DNA of 64,000 nt from an uncultured Syntrophaceae bacterium. GTDB lineage: Bacteria > Desulfobacterota > BSN033 > UBA1163. The notes beneath the pieces are model-generated. The model had not been told where the DNA came from. It was given only the letters and a program-made list of their open reading frames with translations, and did no database searches. Position 1 is the stretch's first letter. Each line of letters starts with the position of its first letter. Below, in pieces: positions 1 through 10,118 of the stretch. The DNA lies in contig CAZFDM010000126.1 in NCBI GenBank assembly GCA_964517975.1, positions 1,818-65,817 of the forward strand, read 5' to 3'. Both the position numbers and the translations under genes were made by a program.

Positions 1-603
1 TCCGAGGATGGAAGTTTCACCTATGAAGGAATCCATCGAAAATTATGGGGCCTCCATCTCAATCTCCGAGGACTCCATCAGATCATCAATGCCACCACGG
101 CATTGGGAGCCTTAGAAGTATTGGAGGATCTCGGATATCCTGTCTCCATTGAGGCAATGGTAGAGGGGTTAAGAGAGGTGGAATGGCCAGGGAGGCTGGA
201 GGTGGTTTGCCAATCTCCCAAGGTGATTCTCGATGGAGCCCATAACCCAGCGGGGGCATTGGTCTTGAAGGAGACGTTAAAGGAAGAGTTTCAATATCAA
301 CACCTGATTCTACTCATTGGAATGATGAAGGATAAGGATGTTAACTCTTTCCTTCATCACTTAGTCCCCATAGCAGATTATATCATTCTCTCTCGACCTC
401 ACATGGAGCGAGCTGCCCCACCCCAACTGCTCAAACAGATATTGGGAGAGAATGGTAAGAAAGCAGAGGTGATTGAGGACCTCAACGAGGCCATCGAAAA
501 AGGCCTCTCCATGGTGAGTGGAAAAGATCTATTCTGTATCACTGGATCGCTCTATACCGTTGGGGAGGCAAGGGCCTTTTTCAATCCTGGAGGGAGAGGA
601 TGA
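1..603 (+). CDS. folC: folylpolyglutamate synthase / Mur-ligase family protein, C-terminal part (5' end outside window)
   Basis: frame open from nt 1 into ORF 103..603; Mur-ligase C-terminal motif DGAHNPAG; stop overlaps next gene start (ATGA at 600). Confidence 0.65.
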   Translation, partial: SEDGSFTYEGIHRKLWGLHLNLRGLHQIINATTALGALEVLEDLGYPVSIEAMVEGLREVEWPGRLEVVCQSPKVILDGAHNPAGALVLKETLKEEFQYQHLILLIGMMKDKDVNSFLHHLVPIADYIILSRPHMERAAPPQLLKQILGENGKKAEVIEDLNEAIEKGLSMVSGKDLFCITGSLYTVGEARAFFNPGGRG

Positions 604-2786
604 GATACCCATGGATTCTCTTAACCTCTTTCCTTCTCCTCCTTATCCTCTACCCATCCCAAGTCCTTTCGGCAAAGATGGGCGAGATAAAACTCCCTAC
701 AGAGATATCCAAAGAGGAAGGTCCTGTAGAGGTTGAGGCTGACCAACTCATCTACGATCAGAATGAAAAAATCTACCAAGCCCATGGGGCAGTAGAGGTG
801 AACCGTGGGGATATCTCCCTGAAAGCCGACCACGCCCAAATCAATATGGTCACGAAAGAGGTCAAGGCCTGGGGAAATGTGGTATTAAGAGAGGGAGAGG
901 ATGTGATGGAATGCGACCGCCTGGAGATCAATCTTGAAACTCGTTTGGGGAAGATCTATAACGCCAGGCTCTTTTTAAAGGAACAGAATTTTCATATCGA
1001 AGGCCGTGAAGCAGAGAAGTTGGGAGAAAACCATTACAGGCTGAGAGAGGGTTCGTTGACCACGTGCGATGGAAAAAAACCCCCTTGGAAATTTACTGTC
1101 CGTGAGTTGGAAGTAAAAGAGATGATGGTGGGGGGATGGGGAATTGCTAAAGGGCCGGTCTTTCATATCAAGGATATCCCGGTGCTTTATTTTCCTTATG
1201 GAATCTTTCCGGTGAGGAAAGAGAGACAGTCTGGTTTCCTCATCCCCAGGCTCGGATACTCTAAGGAATATGGTCCTGAGATTAAGAATGGCTTTTACTG
1301 GGCGATGGCAAAGAATATGGATGCGACGCTCACCATAGAGTGGTTGGGAGAGAGGGGAGCAAAGGGAGGGCTTGAATACAGATATGCCTTGACCCTTGAT
1401 ACAAATGGTCAAGTCAATCTCCATTATATAGATGATCGATCCATTAAAAAAGAGCGATACGCCATCTTTGCCCAGCACCAGCAGAGACTTCCCTACGACT
1501 TCTATCTCAAATGGAATATCAATCATGTGAGTGATATCCACTACGTTCGCGATTTTGATGAAGACCTGCCTGAGGAGGCAAAGATTGACTCCAGAAGCAG
1601 AAGACAGTTGAGATCAAACCTTTTTGGAGGAAAGAATTGGGATCAGTTCAGTTTCTTGGTAGATACCACAGTCTACAGAGATTTGATGAGGGACAGCAAT
1701 GACGAGACCGTTCAGAAACTTCCCCAGGTCAGTTTCTTTGCCCATCCCCAATCCCTATTTGGAACTCCTTTCTTTTATGAAATCTCCTCCTCCTACACAA
1801 ACTTCTGGCGGGAGAAGGGGGTGGAAGCCCAACGAGGAGATCTTTTTCCAAAGATCTCCTTTCCCCTAAGGCTCTTCAATGTGTTGAAGTTGGAATCGAG
1901 TGTGGGCCTAAGAGAGACCCTTTATCGAATCTATGATGATCCACTGAATCGACTGAAAGGATGGGAATCAAGAGAGACTCTTGAGGCTGTCATAGAGATG
2001 GGGGCTGAGTTTTATAGAATCTATGAGGGAGATACCTTCTCCAAGATCTCCAGCGTCTATCAGGTCTCGAGATGGATGCATACGATTGAGCCGACCATTA
2101 GATACTCCTATAGCCCCAGGGTTCATCAAAGCGACCTCCCCCTGTTTGATGAAGTCGATCGAATGCTCTATACGAATCAGATTACCTATGGAGTCACCCA
2201 ACGCCTGGTGGGGAAACCCTTAAAGGAAGGGGCGGCTTCGGGTCCCTATGAATATGCTAAGCTCAGGGTGTCTCAGAGTTACAGCTTTGGAGACCCTATC
2301 CAGAGGGAATCCAATGGAAAGGAAAGACATTTTTCAAATATCCGAGCAGAGATGTGGTTGAATTTTGGCCCCTACCTCACTGCCAAGGGAGAAACTGAGT
2401 TCAATCCCTATCATGGAAGGTTCGATGTATTAAATGGAGTGATCACGGTCAAGGACCGAAGGGAGGATATGGTTCAGGTTGAATATCGGTCCACCAAAAT
2501 CCCTAACCTTGAAAGGGTTAAGGCCATCAATCTCAACGCCCGGGTAAAAACCATCCCTCCCCTATATCTTTTTGGATCCTTCCGTTATAATCTCTTAGAG
2601 GGAATGAGAATCGAGACCATCTATGGAGCAGAATATCAGGCACAATGCTGGAGCCTTGCCGTAACGCTTGAAGATAAGAACCGATCTCCAGACCATACGC
2701 AAAAAAGGGATTTGAAATTTCAAATCTACCTTAATTTATTAAACCTCGGCTCAGTGGGGCACAAACCCTATTTAATGAAATTATAG
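600..2786 (+). CDS. lptD: LPS-assembly outer membrane protein LptD (OstA family)
   Basis: 728 aa, signal peptide, N-terminal OstA/LptA-like beta-jellyroll region followed by long beta-barrel-like C-terminus rich in aromatic/alternating residues. Confidence 0.75.
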   Translation: MRYPWILLTSFLLLLILYPSQVLSAKMGEIKLPTEISKEEGPVEVEADQLIYDQNEKIYQAHGAVEVNRGDISLKADHAQINMVTKEVKAWGNVVLREGEDVMECDRLEINLETRLGKIYNARLFLKEQNFHIEGREAEKLGENHYRLREGSLTTCDGKKPPWKFTVRELEVKEMMVGGWGIAKGPVFHIKDIPVLYFPYGIFPVRKERQSGFLIPRLGYSKEYGPEIKNGFYWAMAKNMDATLTIEWLGERGAKGGLEYRYALTLDTNGQVNLHYIDDRSIKKERYAIFAQHQQRLPYDFYLKWNINHVSDIHYVRDFDEDLPEEAKIDSRSRRQLRSNLFGGKNWDQFSFLVDTTVYRDLMRDSNDETVQKLPQVSFFAHPQSLFGTPFFYEISSSYTNFWREKGVEAQRGDLFPKISFPLRLFNVLKLESSVGLRETLYRIYDDPLNRLKGWESRETLEAVIEMGAEFYRIYEGDTFSKISSVYQVSRWMHTIEPTIRYSYSPRVHQSDLPLFDEVDRMLYTNQITYGVTQRLVGKPLKEGAASGPYEYAKLRVSQSYSFGDPIQRESNGKERHFSNIRAEMWLNFGPYLTAKGETEFNPYHGRFDVLNGVITVKDRREDMVQVEYRSTKIPNLERVKAINLNARVKTIPPLYLFGSFRYNLLEGMRIETIYGAEYQAQCWSLAVTLEDKNRSPDHTQKRDLKFQIYLNLLNLGSVGHKPYLMKL

Positions 2787-2809
2787 GCAACCGTCAGGAG
2801 GAAGAAGAG

Positions 2810-3538
2810 ATGAAAGGGGTGATTTTAGCAGGAGGATTGGGAACACGACTTTACCCATTGACCAAAGTGACCAACAAACACCTTCTCCCTGTCTATGATA
2901 AACCTATGATCTATTACCCCATTCAGACCATGATCAATGCAGGCATTGATGATATTCTTATTGTGACAGGGGGGAACAATGCGGGCGACTTCTTGAGGCT
3001 GTTGGGAAACGGCAAAGAGTTTGGGCTCAAACATATCAATTACACCTACCAGGAGGGAGAGGGAGGAATTGCTCAAGCCCTCGGATTAGCCGAGTTCTTT
3101 TCAGCAGGGGAAAAGATATGTGTCGTCTTAGGAGATAACATTATCGAAAAGAATATTCGAAAGGCGGCAGAATCGTTTCAAAAGCAGAAGGAGGGTGCAA
3201 AGATCCTTTTAAAAGAAGTCCCTGATCCCCACCGATTTGGTGTCCCGGAGTTAGAGGGAGATCGGATTGTTCGGATTGAAGAGAAACCCAAACAGCCTAA
3301 ATCAAAATACGCAGTGATTGGGATATACTTCTATGATCCAAATGTCTTCGAGATCATCAAAACGCTTAAACCCTCTCAACGAGGAGAATTGGAAATTACA
3401 GATGTCAATAACCAATACATTGAAAAAGGACTGATGACCTATGATATCTTAGAAGGCTGGTGGACCGATGCTGGAACCTTTGATTCCCTGCTTCGGGCAA
3501 ACCAATTGGTGGCCCAAACAGGAGCGAATAACCTTTAG
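2810..3538 (+). CDS. rfbA: glucose-1-phosphate thymidylyltransferase-like sugar nucleotidyltransferase
   Basis: N-terminus MKGVILAGGLGTRLYPLT..LLPVYDKPMIYYP matches RmlA signature G-x-G-T-R-L; first gene of rml cluster. Confidence 0.75.
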   Translation: MKGVILAGGLGTRLYPLTKVTNKHLLPVYDKPMIYYPIQTMINAGIDDILIVTGGNNAGDFLRLLGNGKEFGLKHINYTYQEGEGGIAQALGLAEFFSAGEKICVVLGDNIIEKNIRKAAESFQKQKEGAKILLKEVPDPHRFGVPELEGDRIVRIEEKPKQPKSKYAVIGIYFYDPNVFEIIKTLKPSQRGELEITDVNNQYIEKGLMTYDILEGWWTDAGTFDSLLRANQLVAQTGANNL

Positions 3539-3580
3539 CACCGCTAAGCCCTTAGCGGTTTCCCATAGGAGGAAGATGAG

Positions 3581-4036
3581 ATGATCCAGGGGGTGAGACT
3601 CAAACCCTTGAGGGTGATTCCGGATGAACGGGGAAGGGTAATGGAGATCCTTCGGGCGGATGATGATCTCTTTTTGAAGTTCGGCCAGGTTTACATCACC
3701 ACGACCTACCCTCAGGTGGTAAAGGCCTGGCACTATCACAAAATTCAAACGGATCATATTGCGGCCATTTCAGGAATGATCAAACTGGTTCTTTACGATC
3801 CGAGGGAGGATTCTCCGACCAAAGGGGAGATCAACGAATTTTTTATTGGGGTCCACCATCCCATGCTGGTTCAGGTTCCCAATGGGATCTATCATGGATG
3901 GAAATGTATCAGTGAGGAGGAAGCCATCATCCTTAACATCCCGACAGAGGTTTATGTTTATGATTCACCCGATGAGTACCGTCTTCCCCCTCATGGGAAG
4001 GATATTCCCTATGATTGGTCGAGGAAGGATGGTTAA
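3581..4036 (+). CDS. rfbC: dTDP-4-dehydrorhamnose 3,5-epimerase-like cupin
   Basis: 151 aa cupin with RmlC-like core (WHYHK, GxxHGW); operon context rmlA-rmlC-rmlB-rmlD. Confidence 0.7.
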   Translation: MIQGVRLKPLRVIPDERGRVMEILRADDDLFLKFGQVYITTTYPQVVKAWHYHKIQTDHIAAISGMIKLVLYDPREDSPTKGEINEFFIGVHHPMLVQVPNGIYHGWKCISEEEAIILNIPTEVYVYDSPDEYRLPPHGKDIPYDWSRKDG

Positions 4037-4043
4037 AAAGAAC

Positions 4044-4293
4044 TTTAAACTCTAAGCACTAAATTCTAAATCCTAAAGCAAAAATAAAAAAGACTTAACG
4101 TTTGGAACATTTAGATTTATTAGATTCTTACATGTTTAAGTCTGAGAATTTATCTCTAACACTTGAGAACAAATGGTGTCATGCTGAACTTGGTTCACCA
4201 TCTTGTTTTGTCCAAAAGGTGAGATCCTGAAACGAGTTCAGGATGACAAGTCTGTTAAATTTCAAATATTTTGGTTTAGAGTTTAGGATTTAA
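4044..4293. repeat. AT-rich structured spacer bounded by imperfect inverted repeats (MITE-like or regulatory RNA) inside rml operon
   Basis: left arm 4044..4078 (taaactctaag / taaatcctaaag) and right arm 4273..4293 (reverse complement ctttagagtttaggattta); internal perfect 8-bp hairpin atcctgaa-acgag-ttcaggat at 4224..4244; no ORF. Confidence 0.4.
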
Positions 4294-4335
4294 TGATTTG
4301 TCGATTGATTCAACCACTGGAAAGGGTGGAGAAAA

Positions 4336-5352
4336 ATGAAGATATTAGTGACGGGTGGTTGCGGGTTCATCGGAAGTAACTTCATTCGATATATGCTTAA
4401 GACCTATCCGAACTACTCTCTCATCAACATTGACAAACTCACCTATGCTGGAAATCTGGAGAACCTCTCCGATATCTCTCACTCCCCCCGTTATCATTTT
4501 ATTCAAGGGGATATTTCGGACCCTGTCCGGATGGGAGAGATCGTTGAAAAAGGGATTGATGCCATTGTCAACTTTGCGGCGGAATCTCATGTTGATCGGT
4601 CAATCGAAGATCCCAGCGCCTTTATCAAAACCAATATCTTTGGAACCTTTGTCCTTTTAGAAGCCATCCGAAAGCTTTTCCCCCAGCAGAAAATCCGTTT
4701 TCTCCACATCTCCACCGATGAGGTCTATGGTTCTTTGGGTGAGACCGGAGCATTTACAGAGGAAACCCCCCCTGCCCCCAATAGCCCATACTCCGCAAGC
4801 AAAACCGCAGCCGACATGCTCATCCGGTCTTACTTTAAGACCTATGGACTGCCGGTACTGATCACCCGTTGTTCCAATAACTACGGTCCTTATCAATTTC
4901 CTGAGAAGTTGATTCCATTAATGATCTCTAATGCGATCGAAGATAAGGAACTCCCCATCTATGGGGATGGAATGCATGTTCGGGACTGGATCTATGTAGA
5001 AGACCACTGTCGGGCCTTGGATGTGGTGCTCCACCATGGGAAAGAAGGTGAAATCTATAATATTGGTGGACAAAGCGAAAGGCCAAACCTTGTGGTAGCT
5101 CAAACCATTCTGGATTGGTTGGGGAAACCTTATTCCCTGATTCGACATGTCACAGACCGTCCAGGGCATGATCGCCGTTATGCGATTGACTTCTCCAAGA
5201 TCAAGAGAGAGCTCGGTTGGAAGCCTACCGTCTCGTTTGAAGAAGGAATCCGATTGACGATCGAATGGTATCAGACTCATCAGGAGTGGTGGAGAAAGAT
5301 CAAGAACAGAGAATATCTGACCTATTACGATCGAATGTATAAAAATCGATAA
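4336..5352 (+). CDS. rfbB: dTDP-glucose 4,6-dehydratase
   Basis: MKILVTGGCGFIGSNF NAD-binding motif, YSASK catalytic motif, 338 aa, GGAG RBS. Confidence 0.9.
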   Translation: MKILVTGGCGFIGSNFIRYMLKTYPNYSLINIDKLTYAGNLENLSDISHSPRYHFIQGDISDPVRMGEIVEKGIDAIVNFAAESHVDRSIEDPSAFIKTNIFGTFVLLEAIRKLFPQQKIRFLHISTDEVYGSLGETGAFTEETPPAPNSPYSASKTAADMLIRSYFKTYGLPVLITRCSNNYGPYQFPEKLIPLMISNAIEDKELPIYGDGMHVRDWIYVEDHCRALDVVLHHGKEGEIYNIGGQSERPNLVVAQTILDWLGKPYSLIRHVTDRPGHDRRYAIDFSKIKRELGWKPTVSFEEGIRLTIEWYQTHQEWWRKIKNREYLTYYDRMYKNR

Positions 5353-5390
5353 GGGAGGAGAGCAACGCTCTTGGCTCCAAATTGAGAGGA

Positions 5391-6260
5391 ATGAAGCGAT
5401 TGCTTATCATTGGGGCAAAGGGGATGTTGGGAAGGGAGTTGGTCGAGGTCCTCCAATCTTCCTTTCAGGTCAACCAGTATCCTGATCGAGAAATCTGGGC
5501 GTGGGATTTAGGGGATATCGATATTCAGGATGAAAGCGATACGATCTCAAAAATAGAGAATCTTCGCCCGGAGGTTGTGATCAATGTGGCTGCCTATACC
5601 GATGTGGATGGATGCGAGACCAATAAGGAAAAGGCCTTTGCCATCAATGCCGAAGGGATGAAGCATGTGGCCTTGGGAGCGGTGAAGTGTGGGGCCAAGG
5701 TGGTTTATCTCAGCACCGATTATGTGTTTGATGGAAGAAAGAGAGAGCCCTATACAGAGAACGATCCTCCTAATCCCCTCAATGTCTACGGCCGTTCTAA
5801 ATTAAAGGGAGAACAGTACCTCCAAGAGCAGGTGGAGGATTTCCTGATCGTTCGGACACAATGGCTCTTTGGAAGATATGGAAAAAATTTTGTTACCTCT
5901 ATCCTTCAACAGGCACGGGAGAAGAGAGTTCTATCGATTGTGAATGACCAGATTGGTTCCCCTACCTACACGGCTGATCTGGCAAAGGCCATTTCGATCT
6001 TAATTCAATCCAATGCTCGCGGGATCTTTCATGTGGCCAACAGTGACCTCTGTAGTTGGTATACCTTTGGACATGCGATAGTGAAGCTCTCAGGGTTGAC
6101 CGGGATAAAGATCATCCCTATCTCCTCTAAAGAACTGAACCGGCCCGCGATCCGACCTTCCTATTCTGTGCTGAGTACTCAGAAATTCAAAAGGGAGACT
6201 GGAATGTCCTTACGATCTTGGTCTGAGGCATTGAAAGAATATTTTATTAGCGTTCGCTAA
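5391..6260 (+). CDS. rfbD: dTDP-4-dehydrorhamnose reductase
   Basis: MKRLLIIGAKGMLG Rossmann N-terminus, RmlD-like length; ATG at 5391 preceded by GAGAGG RBS (track ORF starts at upstream TTG 5382). Confidence 0.85.
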   Translation: MKRLLIIGAKGMLGRELVEVLQSSFQVNQYPDREIWAWDLGDIDIQDESDTISKIENLRPEVVINVAAYTDVDGCETNKEKAFAINAEGMKHVALGAVKCGAKVVYLSTDYVFDGRKREPYTENDPPNPLNVYGRSKLKGEQYLQEQVEDFLIVRTQWLFGRYGKNFVTSILQQAREKRVLSIVNDQIGSPTYTADLAKAISILIQSNARGIFHVANSDLCSWYTFGHAIVKLSGLTGIKIIPISSKELNRPAIRPSYSVLSTQKFKRETGMSLRSWSEALKEYFISVR

Positions 6261-6287
6261 GGAGAGGGCAGAACTCACTTTTTGATC

Positions 6288-6315
6288 TTGCATTTTTTAT
6301 CATCCCATTATAAAT
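6288..6315 (+). promoter_or_regulatory. candidate sigma70 promoter for ugd (TTGCAT-N15/16-TATAAAT)
   Basis: ttgcat at 6288..6293, tataaat at 6309..6315, about 35 nt upstream of ugd ATG. Confidence 0.25.
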
Positions 6316-6349
6316 TTTTATCAAATTTGGGTTAACGTTCGAGTTTAGG

Positions 6350-7648
6350 ATGAATATCTGTGTGATTGGAACAGGTTATGTGGGATTGGTGACTGGAACC
6401 TGTCTCGCAGAATTCGGAATGAATCTAATCTGTGTGGATAGCGACCAGCAGAAGATCAATCTCCTCAGACAGGGAAAAATCCCCATCTTCGAACCAGGAT
6501 TAGAAGACCTCGTCCAAAAAAACCTGAGGGAGGGGAGGCTGAGGTTCTCAACGAGCATCTCCGAAGGGGTCACCTCCAGTCTGGTAATTTTTATTGCAGT
6601 GGGAACTCCTTCCAATGATGATGGTTCCGCAGACCTGCAGGCGGTTGAGGAAGTGGCCAAGGAGATTGCCCGTTCGATGGATGGATATAAAGTCATTGTA
6701 GTCAAATCCACTGTTCCAGTGGGAACCTGCCGTCGATTAAAAGAGTTGATCAGGGAGTATCAGCTCAAGCCCATCTCCTTCGATATTGTTTCCAATCCAG
6801 AATTCCAGAGAGAGGGTTCTGCGGTTGAGGATTTTATGAGACCCGATCGGGTAACCATTGGGGCAGAAAGCGAACAGGCCTTTGCCATTATGAAGGAGAT
6901 TTACAGTGCCCTCTACCTGATCGAAACCCCCTTTGTGCTGACCAACCTCGAAACCGCTGAAATGATCAAATATGCTGCCAATGCATTTTTGGCCACAAAG
7001 GTAAGCTTTATCAACGAAATTGCTAACCTCTGTGAGTTGATGGGGGCTGATGTTCACCATGTCGCTCGAGCGATGGGATTGGATGGGAGAATTGGAAGAA
7101 AATTTCTTCATCCAGGTCCAGGATATGGGGGTTCCTGTTTTCCTAAGGATACAAGGGCACTGTCCAGGATGGCGTCTGAACGGGGTTACTCCTTTAAAAT
7201 TCTCAACTCAGTGATTGAGGTCAATGAGGAGCAACGGTTGAGGATGGTGGAGAAGATAAAGCAAAAAGTAGGGGATCTCCGAGGGAAGACTATTGGGATT
7301 TTGGGCATCTCCTTCAAACCCAATACCAACGACATTCGAGAGTCCTCCTCCATCGTCATCATTGGCCATCTCTTAAACTTAGGGGCCAAGGTGAAGGCCT
7401 TCGATCCTGCCGCCATGGAAGAGGCGAAGATGGTCTTCCCGAATATCGATTACGGACGCGATGCCTATGAAGTGGCTCAAGGGGCCGATGCCCTGGTGTT
7501 GGTGACCGAATGGAACCAGTTTCGAAGATTGGATCTCCCTCGAATCAAAACCCTGCTTAAAAGTCCTGTCTTCATTGATTTAAGAAATGTTTACGATCCA
7601 GAACAGATGAAGCGGTTAGGGTTTGACTATTGCGGGGTAGGAAGGTAG
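6350..7648 (+). CDS. ugd: UDP-glucose 6-dehydrogenase (UDP-glucose/GDP-mannose dehydrogenase family)
   Basis: MNICVIGTGYVGLVTG N-terminal NAD motif, catalytic GGSCFPKD motif, 432 aa. Confidence 0.85.
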   Translation: MNICVIGTGYVGLVTGTCLAEFGMNLICVDSDQQKINLLRQGKIPIFEPGLEDLVQKNLREGRLRFSTSISEGVTSSLVIFIAVGTPSNDDGSADLQAVEEVAKEIARSMDGYKVIVVKSTVPVGTCRRLKELIREYQLKPISFDIVSNPEFQREGSAVEDFMRPDRVTIGAESEQAFAIMKEIYSALYLIETPFVLTNLETAEMIKYAANAFLATKVSFINEIANLCELMGADVHHVARAMGLDGRIGRKFLHPGPGYGGSCFPKDTRALSRMASERGYSFKILNSVIEVNEEQRLRMVEKIKQKVGDLRGKTIGILGISFKPNTNDIRESSSIVIIGHLLNLGAKVKAFDPAAMEEAKMVFPNIDYGRDAYEVAQGADALVLVTEWNQFRRLDLPRIKTLLKSPVFIDLRNVYDPEQMKRLGFDYCGVGR

Positions 7649-7657
7649 GGGGCGGTT

Positions 7658-8437
7658 TTGGGACGAGATGGAAAGGATTGGATTTTTGTCTCAGATGCCC
7701 ATTTTACTGGAAATGAGGCAGAGGAGATGGAAATCTTTCTCCGGTTCTTAGAAAGAGAGAAGAATCGGATGGCAAAACTCGTCATTTTAGGCGACCTTTT
7801 CGAATTCTTCTTCGGTTTTAAGAATCTTTTCATGAGAGAAAGACCCTCCCCTCTTTCGTTTTATCTACCCGTTTTAGAAAGGCTAAGGGATTTCTATGAA
7901 CAGGGTATTCAGATTGAATATTTTGAAGGGAATCACGATTTCTTCCTCTCCTCGTTTTTCAGAGAACAGTTTGCCATGGAGATTCCTGTCTACCCCGATG
8001 GGTGTGAGCAGAGGATCGGAGGAAAGAGGGCCTTTGTAGCCCATGGGGACCTTTCCAATCCGAAGCAGTGGAGGTATCGTCTCTTTCGAAGGCTCCTAAA
8101 GAATCGATGGACCTATCATCTCATCCATTGGGTGGGTCCAAACCTCTCCTTGAGGGTGGCCCAAAAGATGAGTCAAACCAGTTATCAGAGATATCACCAA
8201 CTCTCTTCGGCCCCACCTCCTGCCTTTAAGGAATTTGCCTATCAGAAATTCTTAGAAGGGTTTGAACTCGTCATCCTTGGACATTCGCACTATCCCGAGA
8301 GGGCTGAGGAGTGGGTTCAGGGCCGACAATGTCTTTATTTCAATGTAGGAGATTGGATGACCCACCGATCTTTTTTGCGATTCACCCCTCCGGAGCAGTT
8401 TCAATTAGAGAGATGGAACGATGGGGCAATGGGGTGA
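7658..8437 (+). CDS. lpxH: UDP-2,3-diacylglucosamine pyrophosphatase LpxH-like metallophosphoesterase
   Basis: motifs DAHF, GDLFE, GNHD, GHSH colinear with E. coli LpxH; TTG start 10 nt after ugd stop. Confidence 0.7.
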   Translation: MGRDGKDWIFVSDAHFTGNEAEEMEIFLRFLEREKNRMAKLVILGDLFEFFFGFKNLFMRERPSPLSFYLPVLERLRDFYEQGIQIEYFEGNHDFFLSSFFREQFAMEIPVYPDGCEQRIGGKRAFVAHGDLSNPKQWRYRLFRRLLKNRWTYHLIHWVGPNLSLRVAQKMSQTSYQRYHQLSSAPPPAFKEFAYQKFLEGFELVILGHSHYPERAEEWVQGRQCLYFNVGDWMTHRSFLRFTPPEQFQLERWNDGAMG

Positions 8438-8545
8438 TAGGGAGAGAGGAAGAGTGATGATAGAAACGAGAGATGGACACACCTCTGGACTAAAACTTAT
8501 TCCAGCGGAGAGGCACGGTCACGGTATTTTTGAGATCCATTAACG

Positions 8546-9133
8546 ATGGGACATCCAGCGGTTTTTCTTGATCGAGACGGAACAATTAATGAAGAGGTGG
8601 GGTACGTGAATCACATCGACCGATTGAAACTCCTACCCCGTGTGGGGGAGGCCATTCGATTATTAAACCAACATCAGATTAAGGCAGTTGTGATCACCAA
8701 TCAATCTGGGGTCGCGAAGGGCTATTTCCCAGAGTCATTGATCCATCAGGTTCACCAGAAGATGCAGGATCTTTTGAAGGCGGAAGGCGCCTATCTCGAT
8801 GGAATCTATTACTGTCCCCATCACCCTGATGTAGGACCGCCTCCCTATCGGCAGAAGTGTCGATGCCGAAAACCGGCCCCAGGATTGGTGGAGGATGCGG
8901 TAAGGGAGTTGAACCTCGATTGTTCTATCAGTTATATGGTTGGAGACCGTGGGGTAGATATCGAATTTGGCCATTTGATTGGCACCAAAACCATATTGGT
9001 CTTCACGGGATATGGAAAAGGGGAGTGGGAATACTTTAGAGACCAATGGAAAGTAAAGCCAGATTATGTGGCTGAAGACCTCTTGGGAGCAGTTCATTGG
9101 ATCCTTCTCCAAGAGTCGAAACGAGAAAGATGA
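8546..9133 (+). CDS. gmhB: D-glycero-D-manno-heptose 1,7-bisphosphate phosphatase (HAD family)
   Basis: FLDRDGTIN HAD motif I, Zn-binding C-x-H-x(n)-CRCRKP motif typical of GmhB. Confidence 0.8.
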   Translation: MGHPAVFLDRDGTINEEVGYVNHIDRLKLLPRVGEAIRLLNQHQIKAVVITNQSGVAKGYFPESLIHQVHQKMQDLLKAEGAYLDGIYYCPHHPDVGPPPYRQKCRCRKPAPGLVEDAVRELNLDCSISYMVGDRGVDIEFGHLIGTKTILVFTGYGKGEWEYFRDQWKVKPDYVAEDLLGAVHWILLQESKRER

Positions 9134-9145
9134 GAGAAAAGGAGG

Positions 9146-9334
9146 ATGAAGATGCCTATCAGCAAAGAGCTCTTGGACATCTTGGCCTGTCCAAAATGTA
9201 AGGGAGATATCTTTTTAAATCAGAAAGAAGATGGGTTGATTTGTAAGGCTTGCGGCTTACTCTATCCCATCAAGGACGACATCCCCGTAATGCTGATTGA
9301 CGAGGCCCTCCCCTATAAAGGCGAGGAGAACTAA
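9146..9334 (+). CDS. Trm112/YcaR-family small zinc-ribbon protein
   Basis: 62 aa, LLDILACPKCKG...L.C..C...YPI.DGIPVML matches Trm112/UPF0434. Confidence 0.65.
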   Translation: MKMPISKELLDILACPKCKGDIFLNQKEDGLICKACGLLYPIKDDIPVMLIDEALPYKGEEN

Positions 9335-9482
9335 GGTCAAAGGGTGAGCTTCCCATAATGGATAATCTCATTGGGTTTACAGAGGATGTTCTTAGATTTT
9401 GGGATAAGGATACCAAGGAGACAGAGGGGTCAAAGAAGAGATTTTATCTAAAATATGATATAATGTTTCAAAAGGAGACCCA

Positions 9483-9764
9483 TTGAAGAATATCCCCCAG
9501 AAGAGTGACCGCCTACCCCCCAAAAAGCCCACTGGAGAAAGACACACTTACCTTCGGGTGGGGGATAAAGTTTATCATAAACGATACAAATCTTGGGGAG
9601 GTGGGGTGGTGATTGAAACTCGTTCCTCGGAACAGCCAGGGGGAATGTGTTATGTTCGAATCCTCTTCCAGGATGGAAAACAGAGAACCTTTGATAATAA
9701 TTTTGAGAGTGCCTGCTGCTGCTACTATACAGGCATTACACTTCTTGATCGCATCGAACTATAA
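9483..9764 (+). CDS. small hypothetical protein (possibly DUF3553-like)
   Basis: 93 aa ORF, TTG start, GDKVYHK..GGGVV motif; weak recognition only. Confidence 0.3.
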   Translation: MKNIPQKSDRLPPKKPTGERHTYLRVGDKVYHKRYKSWGGGVVIETRSSEQPGGMCYVRILFQDGKQRTFDNNFESACCCYYTGITLLDRIEL

Positions 9765-9782
9765 AGGCTTCTCATAACCTTT

Positions 9783-10118
9783 CTACTTCTCCTCCCCTTT
9801 GCTCCAATATTCTCCCAAAAGGTCTCGACTGTGCTCGTCATCATGACAGTAAACACATAGATTTTCCCAATTTGACCCATCCGGCGGATTGTTCAAATAA
9901 TTCCCATCTTTATGGTGAACGGTCAGAAGATGTCGGGTCTTGGAATCAAACTCCCTTCCACACTTTGCGCAGATGAGACCATGGATCTGGAGGGAACGCT
10001 CCCGATACTCACTCCATTTGGGTTTATTCCTCTTAATTTCCTTTAAAATCTCTTCGACCGATTTCTGAGGAACACCTTTTTTAGGTCTTCGAATGATTCG
10101 ATAAGGTCTGTTTCTCAC
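9783..10118 (-). CDS. yajD: YajD-family HNH nuclease
   Basis: 111 aa, GTG start; LTVHHKDGN...DGSNWENLCVYCHDDEHS colinear with E. coli YajD. Confidence 0.75.
   Translation of the reverse strand: MRNRPYRIIRRPKKGVPQKSVEEILKEIKRNKPKWSEYRERSLQIHGLICAKCGREFDSKTRHLLTVHHKDGNYLNNPPDGSNWENLCVYCHDDEHSRDLLGEYWSKGEEK

Noticed and set aside
975-1541. Numerous 60-190-aa antisense or out-of-frame ORFs in the track (e.g. 975..1541, 2825..3076, 4345..4660, 6376..7111, 8735..9112, 18875..19460, 32343..33205, 50582..51394)
   Set aside because: Each lies wholly inside a gene with clear family-level similarity on the other strand or frame. They show no RBS and have biased, low-complexity translations.
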